IMG/VR virus record: IMGVR_UViG_3300020045_013637
Coordinates: 1-57,786 of that record
Source of the DNA: a virus
Lineage: Duplodnaviria; Caudoviricetes
Reading direction: 5' to 3' (one strand)
DNA length: 57,786 nt
Notes under the pieces: model-generated
What the model saw: the letters and a program-made list of their open reading frames with translations, nothing else
What the model was told of the DNA's origin: nothing
Databases searched by the model: none
Position numbers and translations under genes: made by a program
In this document: in pieces, positions 37,811 through 46,574 of the stretch
Numbering within the stretch: position 1 is the stretch's first letter
How the letters are laid out: each line of letters opens with the position of its first letter

Positions 37811-39561
37811 TAATGCCCTCTTGCGGCCATTATAATCGGGTTGATCTTATGAGGGTTATTTTGAAAGAACTCTCTAAAAGCATTATTCTTTAAATCTTGT
37901 TCGCTATGTCTTGCTTCAAATGGGTTTAGTTTGTTTATCGGGTTTCTCTGCATGTATGTATTGATTGCTTCTTGCTTCTGTGATGGGTCTAGCATGGGAT
38001 TAATACTGTTATTCTTAATGTTTAATTGGGGGATGGTTCCTTCTTGTTCTTCGATTTGGTTTTCTTGTTGTTGAATGGGTTCGAATCCTATTGGTGTTCT
38101 AGACTTACGTTTAGCCGCTTCCTCTTTTTCTTTAACCTTTTGTAGATTCCTTTGAAAGGGGGATAAATTCTGCGTCTGCTGATTAACACCGATAGGATTT
38201 TCCGCTTGTGCTTCCGTTGATTGGTTAATTCCTTTTTTAGCATAAGAATATTGTTGTGGTGTTATTTTCTTAATCATCTGATCAATAAGACTCTCGGGTT
38301 GTTTCTCTTGAGGTCTATAAGTGTTCAGAGGTTGAATTCTACCTACATTATCATTGTGATGTCTTCTGCCTTCTGGTGGAATTGAACCCGGCATACCGTC
38401 CGGGCTTTCCGTACCTGGCATACCATATTTAACATTACCTTTTAAATACTGTGTCATTGATTCTTGATCTGTCTTTGGTATTTGATCTGCAATCTTATTC
38501 CCTATTTTTTCTATCATGGCATCAAACAAAGGATTTCCTGTCATGCTACTAAAGGCGGCTGCCGCTGCGCGGGTCGGCATATCGGGTGTGAATCCACCAG
38601 TTTTTGAGTCCCCACCCATTCTGCCTGTTGCTATTTTCCCTACCATCTTACCTATTGCTGCCCCTGCTGGGCCACCAAACATAAAGCCTAATATGGTTGC
38701 GCCATATTGCAAAGCAGACATCATCGTAGATTTTTGTTCTGCTGCTCCTAATGAATCTTGCGCTTGTTGAACACGTGGGGCATCTAATCTTGCTCGTTCA
38801 GCTTCTAGGGCTGCTGTTTGTCTATCAATTTGATTTCTAAGCCAATCTTCATCAGGTCTAGGCATTGCTTTTGTTCTTTGTAATATACCATCAATTTCGT
38901 TTATACGTTGATCTGCTGTTTGAGCTGGTGTGTGATTACTATGCATTGCCATATTTGCGCGATGTGCAGCATCTCCGCTTTCTCTTGTGCCTCCGCTATC
39001 CCCATGACTGGAACCAGGTGCGCCTGATCGTCCTGCACCCAATCTAAAACTAACACCTTGCATTTGACGCATTGACATTATTTTTTCGCCCTTAGCATTG
39101 ACATTTTTTTCGCCCTTAGCAAATTCCAAATAACCTGTCCTAGGGTTGCGTGATTCTTTACCTTTATTGATCTTAATAAAGAACTGGGCTATTTCTTTTG
39201 GGAGTAGAACTAGGTGTTTATCACTGCCACGTCCAAATTTCTTCATGACAGTTTCTGTTGCCGTCTCTATATAATGAGGGCGTTTTGTTTCCGCCTCTTT
39301 ATATTTCTTTAGATCTTCTTTGGATAATTCACCAAAGTTGGAAAGCTGATCTTCTAGACGTTCAAAGACATTCAATACTTTTTCATTTTTAAAGATGGGA
39401 ATTAGATGTGAGAATTCTCTAAGTCCTGTCTTTTTATCGATTGATGTAAAATGGCCTTGTAAGGCTTCCATGCCAAGAATTTCTTCTTTTGTCATATGCG
39501 CTTTAACAAAATCTTTTTGATTTACATTTGGATTCGGAATGATTTTATAGGCCATATTCAT
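37810..39561 (-). CDS. Ejection-like internal virion protein paralog (inverted, displaced)
   Basis: AHMTKEE...LQG, GRGSDKHLV and NPRTGYLEF shared with 54996 and 56181; GGPAGAAIG segment. Confidence 0.65.
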   Translation of the reverse strand: MNMAYKIIPNPNVNQKDFVKAHMTKEEILGMEALQGHFTSIDKKTGLREFSHLIPIFKNEKVLNVFERLEDQLSNFGELSKEDLKKYKEAETKRPHYIETATETVMKKFGRGSDKHLVLLPKEIAQFFIKINKGKESRNPRTGYLEFAKGEKNVNAKGEKIMSMRQMQGVSFRLGAGRSGAPGSSHGDSGGTRESGDAAHRANMAMHSNHTPAQTADQRINEIDGILQRTKAMPRPDEDWLRNQIDRQTAALEAERARLDAPRVQQAQDSLGAAEQKSTMMSALQYGATILGFMFGGPAGAAIGKMVGKIATGRMGGDSKTGGFTPDMPTRAAAAAFSSMTGNPLFDAMIEKIGNKIADQIPKTDQESMTQYLKGNVKYGMPGTESPDGMPGSIPPEGRRHHNDNVGRIQPLNTYRPQEKQPESLIDQMIKKITPQQYSYAKKGINQSTEAQAENPIGVNQQTQNLSPFQRNLQKVKEKEEAAKRKSRTPIGFEPIQQQENQIEEQEGTIPQLNIKNNSINPMLDPSQKQEAINTYMQRNPINKLNPFEARHSEQDLKNNAFREFFQNNPHKINPIIMAARGH

Positions 39562-39659
39562 TTTATCAATATGATGCGATTTACCCCTTATTATAGGCGA
39601 AATTCGTCATTTTTGATACCAAAATACCCCAAAAAGATGATTATGATTTTTTTGATGGG

Positions 39660-40625
39660 TGCCAAATTGGGCCTATGGCTTAAAACCTAGGTCGGATTCC
39701 GACTAATGAGTAATCATACGGTTTCATGGGTTAGTGGTGGGATATTTTTACCCCTATATATGAGATGGATTGCGCACAAGGTAAATGGGTTAAACCTATT
39801 CGATAAGTTATTGAAAATAAATGATTTTATGGGTTAAACCCATCAACTAAATAATTAATAAAATGAGAAATCGCCTGAATAAAAAGAGAATTCGCCTAGC
39901 AACGCTCACTATTGGAACATAGGAACGTAGGAGGCAAAAACCTCCTACGTTCCTACCTTCTCGCTTTATTAAAGCGGAATGGTCAGCACCATATAATTAA
40001 AATCCTTAAAATTCAACTTATGGTAGCTACCATTTAGACAGCATAAACATTGATCTCGTTAGATGGTGCTGACCATTTTTTTACCTACTTTATTGGATGG
40101 TCAGCACCATCTTATGAAGGTCGGAATGTGTCTTAGGTGAGTGTTGCTTGTGCTGTATCTTATGGATAACCTCTACAGTTATTTCTGGCAGTATTGTTTT
40201 TTAGAAGGGCTACCTCGTGGGGTATTTCTTTTAGTTGAACTTCTCGAAACTCAATAATAAATACTTTTCTGATCTTTGAATTTTGAGAATGGTTTTTGAG
40301 AGAGAATTAAAAATAAAAAGATTGTATAAAGCAATGACTTAACAAAGAGTAAGGATTTTCTTAATTTAATTCTCAATAATGGTCGTTATTGATAATCCAA
40401 AACCGAATTCGGTTTTGCGGTAACCGTATTCGGTTTTGGCTTGAATATCCTATGATATAATATTAGATTTTAGTTGGTACTCTTTTTGAGATGAAATCGG
40501 TGCGGATCTAATCTTATTAAGAGTGCCATTCTGGGGCTTCTTCTTTGATAACTCCGAGAAGAGGCCTCGCCATCTTAATTAAAGTTTCTTTAATTAAGAA
40601 AAACCTTAATTAAGAAAAACCTCAT
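39660..40625. repeat. Non-coding cluster of palindromes and short repeat sets
   Basis: 15-bp perfect stem at 39920-39955; four ATGGT-N4-ACCAT boxes at 39979, 40020, 40063 and 40097; ACCGAATTCGGT; TTAATTAA x3. Confidence 0.85.
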
Positions 40626-40785
40626 TTACTTTATTAAGAAAACACTTTCCCTATTTACTCTCTATCATGTTTGTACTAGAATATTTTTAATGATTCAAAA
40701 TTCTCACCGTGATAATATTGAATTCATGGGATGTTAGGTTTGTTTGATCATGGGCTTAACATTCCCTCCTTGACGTTGGTAACGT

Positions 40786-40920
40786 CCGTGTTGAAATGCC
40801 GCGTTAAAGCAGAACCCTTGGGGGGTAACCCTTTCAAGAAGAGCTCGGAGAGCTTCGTACTCCCGTGTTGAAATGCCGCGTTAAAGCAGAACCCTTGGGG
40901 GGGTAACCCTTTCAAGAAGA
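40786..40920 (+). ncRNA. Tandem 57/58-nt structured repeat; candidate RNA element in the capsid operon leader
   Basis: Repeat at 40786-40842 and 40863-40920, identical except G6 vs G7; TTGAAA/TTTCAA closing stem with internal hairpins. Confidence 0.5.
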
Positions 40921-41057
40921 CTTAGAAAACTCCATCTAAGTGATTTGTTTTCCCAATAATACCAATTTGCTTAAAGGACATTACCCTTTCGTCTGCATGT
41001 TCGTTATTCATGCGTTTATTTTTTGTATAAAACAAATTGCTCTTTAGGAGATTTTCT

Positions 41058-41711
41058 ATGTATGGCACAAATGCCCCACGTGGTTTTATTCCGGTAAGAC
41101 ATGAAAATGGCTCTGCTTGGAATAACCAATTAAATTCTGATTATACGATCCCTAGCGGATACAACTACAACATTGGTCAAGGTGAATTAGTTTATCTTAA
41201 TACGAATGGTAACATTGTTACAGAGGCTCAATTAGCGTCTGGAGCGCAAATTGTTTCTGTTTTTGGTGTGTTTTGGGGGTGCAACTATATTAATCCTCCG
41301 ACCTTTCCAATTTCCGGGCCACTTGGTCATGTTTCATGGGTAGCCGGTACTGTTACCGGTGATGGTAATGCAGCTCAAGCTCTGATCATAAATGATCCAA
41401 CTGTTGTTTATACTGCTCAATCCAATGGTTCTACGGGATTCACTCAAATAACAGCTTCTATGCAATGGTATGGCGTTAATATTGGTACTGGAGTCTTAGG
41501 AACCCCTCCCGGTGGCACTCTTAATGCGGATGGTACATCTTGTATGCTTATTGATTTGAATGCAGGGGTAAAATTAACAACTGCGCCAATTCGTACTTTA
41601 TGTCTTGATCCGAATCCAAATAATCCTGTCGCCGCTGCATATAATAACGCGCTTTGTATGATCCAGAACGGATTTACATTTGCCGGCGGCACATCCCCGT
41701 CACACCCTTAA
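41058..41711 (+). CDS. Putative head decoration / cement protein
   Basis: ATG 41058 after AGGAG; NAPRGFIP...GVFWGCNY...NDPTVVY..Q pattern; directly before the capsid gene. Confidence 0.65.
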   Translation: MYGTNAPRGFIPVRHENGSAWNNQLNSDYTIPSGYNYNIGQGELVYLNTNGNIVTEAQLASGAQIVSVFGVFWGCNYINPPTFPISGPLGHVSWVAGTVTGDGNAAQALIINDPTVVYTAQSNGSTGFTQITASMQWYGVNIGTGVLGTPPGGTLNADGTSCMLIDLNAGVKLTTAPIRTLCLDPNPNNPVAAAYNNALCMIQNGFTFAGGTSPSHP

Positions 41712-41732
41712 CGGAACATAGGGAGATAAAAA

Positions 41733-42626
41733 ATGATTACATCACAAATTATTGCACCTTTTACATTAAAGGACTTATCCGAGGTCTACTCAAACTTTTC
41801 GACAATTCCGGAGCTGTATAAGCCGCTCTATGAAACGCGACAAAGTCAAAGACCTTATGAAATTGTTTATGAAGCTGCAACATTACCAAATGGTGCTCCA
41901 AAGCCGGAAGGTGCGCCAACAACATCACAAAATTTTGGTCCTGTGTTTAGAACACAGTTTAACCATAAGGTTTATACGAGTCGTTTCGATATGACTCGTG
42001 AAGCTTGGGATGATAACTTGTATCAAGAAGATTACCCGCAGAAGAATAAAAACCTACGTGAATCTTTAGAGCAAGTTAACAACATCAATGGTATGGTTCC
42101 TTTTAACCAAGGGTTTAATATTGCATTTAGGTTAGCGGATACCGAACCTTTGTATAGTACGGCACATCCAACCTCAACTGGAACATTTGCAAATACATTC
42201 CCATCACCTGTGGGTTTTAATGAAGCAACTCTAACGGCTGCCTATAGTATCATTCGTTATTGGGTGAACTATTCAAATCAGCCTTTAAATCGTATTCCTG
42301 AATATATGCTTATTCCACCAACCTTGGAAATGAGTGTAAGACGTGTTTTACAAAGTCCTGATGATCCTAGTACGGCAAATCGTGCCATCAACCCAATCTA
42401 TTCAGCTAATTTGGTTCCGGGTGGTTTCTTCTCCAACCCTTACCTTGTTAATCCGGATTATTGGGGGCTTATGACAGATCAAAAGCCGGGTGCTATTTGG
42501 TATATCCGCGATAACTTTGAAATGACATGGCAAGGCGATAATACAGTTGATACCGTTACGTTCGTAGGGCGTGTTCGTTATTCAAACGGTATCGTTGATC
42601 CTCGTTATTCATTCGGCGCACGTTAA
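41733..42626 (+). CDS. Major capsid protein (Mu gpT-like)
   Basis: KPEGAP, TREAWDDNLY, D..PLYSTAHP, PEYMLIPPTLE...RVLQS...TANRAINP, RYS.G..DPR. Confidence 0.88.
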   Translation: MITSQIIAPFTLKDLSEVYSNFSTIPELYKPLYETRQSQRPYEIVYEAATLPNGAPKPEGAPTTSQNFGPVFRTQFNHKVYTSRFDMTREAWDDNLYQEDYPQKNKNLRESLEQVNNINGMVPFNQGFNIAFRLADTEPLYSTAHPTSTGTFANTFPSPVGFNEATLTAAYSIIRYWVNYSNQPLNRIPEYMLIPPTLEMSVRRVLQSPDDPSTANRAINPIYSANLVPGGFFSNPYLVNPDYWGLMTDQKPGAIWYIRDNFEMTWQGDNTVDTVTFVGRVRYSNGIVDPRYSFGAR

Positions 42627-42643
42627 TATAGGGAGTTAAAATA

Positions 42644-43924
42644 ATGACCGTTATTCCTGGCTTTCCAACTCAAGGGGCTACATTTGGCCCAAATCCGAAT
42701 TCATCTTTAGGTTCTTTTTTTGAAGACGGTCTAAGGATTGGTACTGATTTTGGAGGGGGACGGCAACAGTTTCCTGCTAACTCAATTTATGATTTTGAAG
42801 GCAAACCGTTGCAACCAAATTATGATTTGTGGGGGCCCGGAGTACCGTTGTCACCGATTGTTACTTACAATGTTAGACCTTTTTGTGCTGCAATAGATAG
42901 AGCGGATGTTACTGTAGATATTGGTACTTTCCCACCCGGTACAACAGCTAATTCGTTTCTAACCTTTACACCTGATGTTACTGATCCTTCTGTAGCACTT
43001 GGTACAACATGGAAAATTAATAATCAGGGGGCTATCCCACGAGTTCTTAATAATATAACACCAACATCCGCTAATAATCCGAATAAGAATCAATCATTAA
43101 GAATTGATTGGCCGAGAGCCTTAGGAATTACAGTTACAGGAGCACAGTTAGCGGACACAACCTCTTCTATCTATGTTCAGGGTCGTGATTTTTACGGAAA
43201 TGTTATCAATGCATTTTATGGTAATGGATCCGGTACTATTTTGACAGCTACAACTCCCGCAAATCGATGTTATCAATATAGCCCGTTTCCGAGTGCCTTA
43301 GTTGTTGGGCCTCCCGCGGTTCCTGCTGCAGTACCGTTTGCTACTTCAGGTTTCACCAATAGAGCATTTTATACAATTGATTATGCTGTTTATTTTGGGA
43401 CTACCATTCCGGCCGGATGTTCTGTGAGTATCGTAACAACCCGACAATTAGGGTTGCCCTGGGTTTTTGATTATCAAACTTGTAATCTTCTTGGTGTTAC
43501 TTTTAACGGTATTACAGAATTAGGATGCGGTGGTGTTAATGGGTCATCATATCAAAATAATGTCCCTATTACATTGTTAAATGGAAATGTGGCTACTTAT
43601 GCAGCCTTAGGATTAGGTGCAGCACCTCTAGGAACGGCTCTATATCAGCAGGCATTTTTTGGTGCACCCGCGCCGGCTTCTGGTTCTGGGTTCAATAGAG
43701 ATCCTAGAGGGACTTATAGTCCGTCTGTAGCTGTTCAAACAGAAGAAGATGATGCCATTAATCCAAGATTAATGATTACGTGGTATCAAGGCGGCATTGA
43801 TCCTTTAAACAATATTTATAACGCTGCTGGTATGCCGGCAGCTCCTTTTGTAGATAGCGATAGTACTATTGTAGAAAAAAATAGAGTCGCTGATGTTTTT
43901 GGTTATCCTATACAACTACTTTGA
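42644..43924 (+). CDS. Virion structural protein (paralog A)
   Basis: G/P/T-rich; shares DWPRA, TNRAFY, GLP(W/F)V.D and RGTY.PS with the next gene. Confidence 0.65.
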   Translation: MTVIPGFPTQGATFGPNPNSSLGSFFEDGLRIGTDFGGGRQQFPANSIYDFEGKPLQPNYDLWGPGVPLSPIVTYNVRPFCAAIDRADVTVDIGTFPPGTTANSFLTFTPDVTDPSVALGTTWKINNQGAIPRVLNNITPTSANNPNKNQSLRIDWPRALGITVTGAQLADTTSSIYVQGRDFYGNVINAFYGNGSGTILTATTPANRCYQYSPFPSALVVGPPAVPAAVPFATSGFTNRAFYTIDYAVYFGTTIPAGCSVSIVTTRQLGLPWVFDYQTCNLLGVTFNGITELGCGGVNGSSYQNNVPITLLNGNVATYAALGLGAAPLGTALYQQAFFGAPAPASGSGFNRDPRGTYSPSVAVQTEEDDAINPRLMITWYQGGIDPLNNIYNAAGMPAAPFVDSDSTIVEKNRVADVFGYPIQLL

Positions 43925-43936
43925 GGGCTATTTATT

Positions 43937-45052
43937 ATGGCATTTCCTTTACTTCAGCGAGGGAATTTCCCAACTCCTCCGGATAATACGGGTACACTGT
44001 TTAACGATGGTGTACGTGTTGGGCCTTCTTGGTTAACAGATAAAGAAGCGACTCCTATTACATTACCGGGTGCTGCTTTGGGGCAGCAAACGTCAGAGTT
44101 TTTAACGTGGGGCGGCGGTGTTCTTACGTCGCCAAATGTAACTTATCGAATTGGGCCGTATGCCGGTACAAATGGTGATATTGCTACTATTCCCCAAAAC
44201 TCAACATCCGGAAATTTTTCATTAAGTTCTACCGGATTACCAAACCAAGGAGCTGCTTGGCCGGCCATATGTGCCGGAGGAGAGCAAGGTCTTCAATTGG
44301 ATTGGCCACGTGCTGTGAGTGCCTATGTAACTTATGTTGCCGGGGCTGTCGGTATGACTTTAACCAATTCAATCCATGTCTATGGGTATGATGTCTATGG
44401 GAAGTCGATGCAAATAAAGATCGAACTTCTAGGTAATGAAGTTAATAATACGACGCGTGTTTACGCTCCCTTCTCTGAAGATCTTTTACCTGCCGGAAAT
44501 TATGTTTTTGGAGATACAACAACAAACAAAGCTTTTTATCAGATAACAAGAGTTAAATTTACCGGAACAGTTCCCGTCGGCTTCTTTCTCACAATTCAAA
44601 CGGCTCCTGTTTTTGGTTTACCTTTTGTTTATGATGAGCATCGTTCTATGGTTACCGGGATTAACTGGGTTGGACTGTCTGAATTAGGAGTTAATATTCC
44701 TGCAAGTGCTTCATTTGCAGCTTTCCCTGTCCAAATACCGGCCGCAAGTTATAATTTGGAAGTTGTTAACCCCGGAGAGATAATTCCCGCGGATAAAACT
44801 ATTTCAACAACAAGTGCAGGTAACTTTACGGGGGATGTTCGCGGGACTTATACGCCAAGTTCTTGGCCTCAAGTAGATAACTCTGAAAATATTCTTATCT
44901 TTCAATATTATGTTTATGGCGCAGATATGCAGATTGAGCAATACAATCAAATGGGATTGCCTCAAGTTGGAACACCTGATAATCAAGTTCCCGAACTTAA
45001 GTTTCGTGATCTCTATGGTGTTCCTCAATATTTCACGGGGTTGCCGGCATGA
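43937..45052 (+). CDS. Virion structural protein (paralog B)
   Basis: FNDGVRVG, LDWPRAV, TNKAFY, GDVRGTYTPS. Confidence 0.65.
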   Translation: MAFPLLQRGNFPTPPDNTGTLFNDGVRVGPSWLTDKEATPITLPGAALGQQTSEFLTWGGGVLTSPNVTYRIGPYAGTNGDIATIPQNSTSGNFSLSSTGLPNQGAAWPAICAGGEQGLQLDWPRAVSAYVTYVAGAVGMTLTNSIHVYGYDVYGKSMQIKIELLGNEVNNTTRVYAPFSEDLLPAGNYVFGDTTTNKAFYQITRVKFTGTVPVGFFLTIQTAPVFGLPFVYDEHRSMVTGINWVGLSELGVNIPASASFAAFPVQIPAASYNLEVVNPGEIIPADKTISTTSAGNFTGDVRGTYTPSSWPQVDNSENILIFQYYVYGADMQIEQYNQMGLPQVGTPDNQVPELKFRDLYGVPQYFTGLPA

Positions 45053-45199
45053 AACAGAAACAAACAAAAGATTATTATCTGATTAATCGAGAGATAATAA
45101 AGCGGGCATTTGCTAGGCAATTGAAAATGCCAAAACTACCTCTTGATTCTAAGACTCAATCTAGTAATGTCTCCACTCCGATGAAAGGATTAAACGAGA

Positions 45200-46153
45200 A
45201 TGGCTAGGCCGTATACAGTTTATTTCCCTCAGTCTCCTGCATCTTTCGCTAGTGCGGATTTGACCGGTTCCAATAGAAAAGATGTGATTGCATCTCTTCA
45301 AGCCCCAATTCAAGGTCAGCCTCTTGTTCTTAATCAATTACAACCCGGTACAATTCCGGATGTTCCTTTTAATGCAGATAATCCTATTCCTGCAATTTAT
45401 GGTGGGATAGGACTGCAACAACCTTTACCTCTTGGTTCTTCTACTGTTATCCCGGGTGGTTCTCGATCAATTGTTATTGTGTGTCCTGCCGGGGGAAATA
45501 CGTTAGCCGGGTTAACATTTACAGTGTCCGGTCTTGATCAATTTGGAAGGCCGCTTGTTTCTGCTCCAACTGTCGGGCCTGCTCCCGGTGCAGCAATTGA
45601 GTTTGGTGCTCTTGGCGCGGCTTTGCCTTTGCCGCCTTTAAATACTTTTAATTTATATTATTCTCAAGTTGATGATATTTCATTTACGGGTGCGCCCATA
45701 CCAAACACACTCGTCTGGGCTGCAATTGGTGGATATGGAATGACTCCTTTTGTGGGGGTAGATACAACGCGTATTGGGTGGGGAGCATCAGTTGAAATAA
45801 GTGGTTTCTCTGCAGCATCGACGAGTTGGTCGTATACTGTATATGGAACCAATTACCCAATTTACACACCGAATAGAACGGGTGGATGGGTAACGGTTGA
45901 TCCTACAACATCAAGAGTCGGGAAACACCTGATTTCGAGTAATGTGCCTCCTGCATTTGTTGCAAATCTTTCAACAGTGTCACCTATTACGGATGTTTCG
46001 ATGACAGCGGCTGTAAACAATGCATGGTCTCATATTGCAGCTCCAACATCTTATATTTGGGCTGAAATTGGTTACATTGGTGCTCCCGGTGGGGCGGGCG
46101 TCTTAACACAGCCATCAACTTTCTTAATGAGTTACGTGCAACAGGGAGCTTAA
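45200..46153 (+). CDS. Virion structural protein
   Basis: FTVSGLDQFG resembles the G-D-(F/V)YG motif of paralogs A and B. Confidence 0.55.
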   Translation: MARPYTVYFPQSPASFASADLTGSNRKDVIASLQAPIQGQPLVLNQLQPGTIPDVPFNADNPIPAIYGGIGLQQPLPLGSSTVIPGGSRSIVIVCPAGGNTLAGLTFTVSGLDQFGRPLVSAPTVGPAPGAAIEFGALGAALPLPPLNTFNLYYSQVDDISFTGAPIPNTLVWAAIGGYGMTPFVGVDTTRIGWGASVEISGFSAASTSWSYTVYGTNYPIYTPNRTGGWVTVDPTTSRVGKHLISSNVPPAFVANLSTVSPITDVSMTAAVNNAWSHIAAPTSYIWAEIGYIGAPGGAGVLTQPSTFLMSYVQQGA

Positions 46154-46155
46154 AA

Positions 46156-46563
46156 ATGTCTAAAGAAAAATATTTTGGTGGCGGAAATTGTGGTGAGTTT
46201 ATGTGGGGCAAAGGTCTCGATTCACCAAAAGAGAAAAGAAGTAAGGTTTGGCATGATTCCGATACGCCAAGGTTTGCTGAAGGTGGCCCAGTGATCCCGG
46301 GGTCAGATATGCCTGGTTCGGCTGCTCTAAAAAAAGGTGGCAAAGTTAAGGGCCGATTTGCTGATGGTGGTTCTGTTAGAAAAAAAGAAATGTCTGATGT
46401 TGATAAGGCTGAAAGATATTTGCAGGATTATAAGAAAGAAAATAGAAAATCGGGTGCTATGGAACTTGGAAAAGATAAACATGGAGCCATTGGAAGAGGA
46501 AAACAAGGTAACTTCGTTCTGTTATCTAATGGTGGCTCTTCTAAATGTAGTGGTAAAAGATAA
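46156..46563 (+). CDS. Small basic GG-motif protein
   Basis: FAEGGPV, LKKGGKV, FADGGSV. Confidence 0.6.
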   Translation: MSKEKYFGGGNCGEFMWGKGLDSPKEKRSKVWHDSDTPRFAEGGPVIPGSDMPGSAALKKGGKVKGRFADGGSVRKKEMSDVDKAERYLQDYKKENRKSGAMELGKDKHGAIGRGKQGNFVLLSNGGSSKCSGKR

Positions 46564-46574
46564 GGTGAAAGCTC

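Noticed and set aside
40579-40593. CtrA box (TTAA-N7-TTAA)
   Set aside because: Falls within AT-rich TTAATTAA repeats, so a chance match is likely
40786-40920. Mini CRISPR array (repeat-spacer-repeat)
   Set aside because: A 57-nt repeat is too long and a 20-nt spacer too short; the spacer is itself part of a hairpin; no cas genes are present
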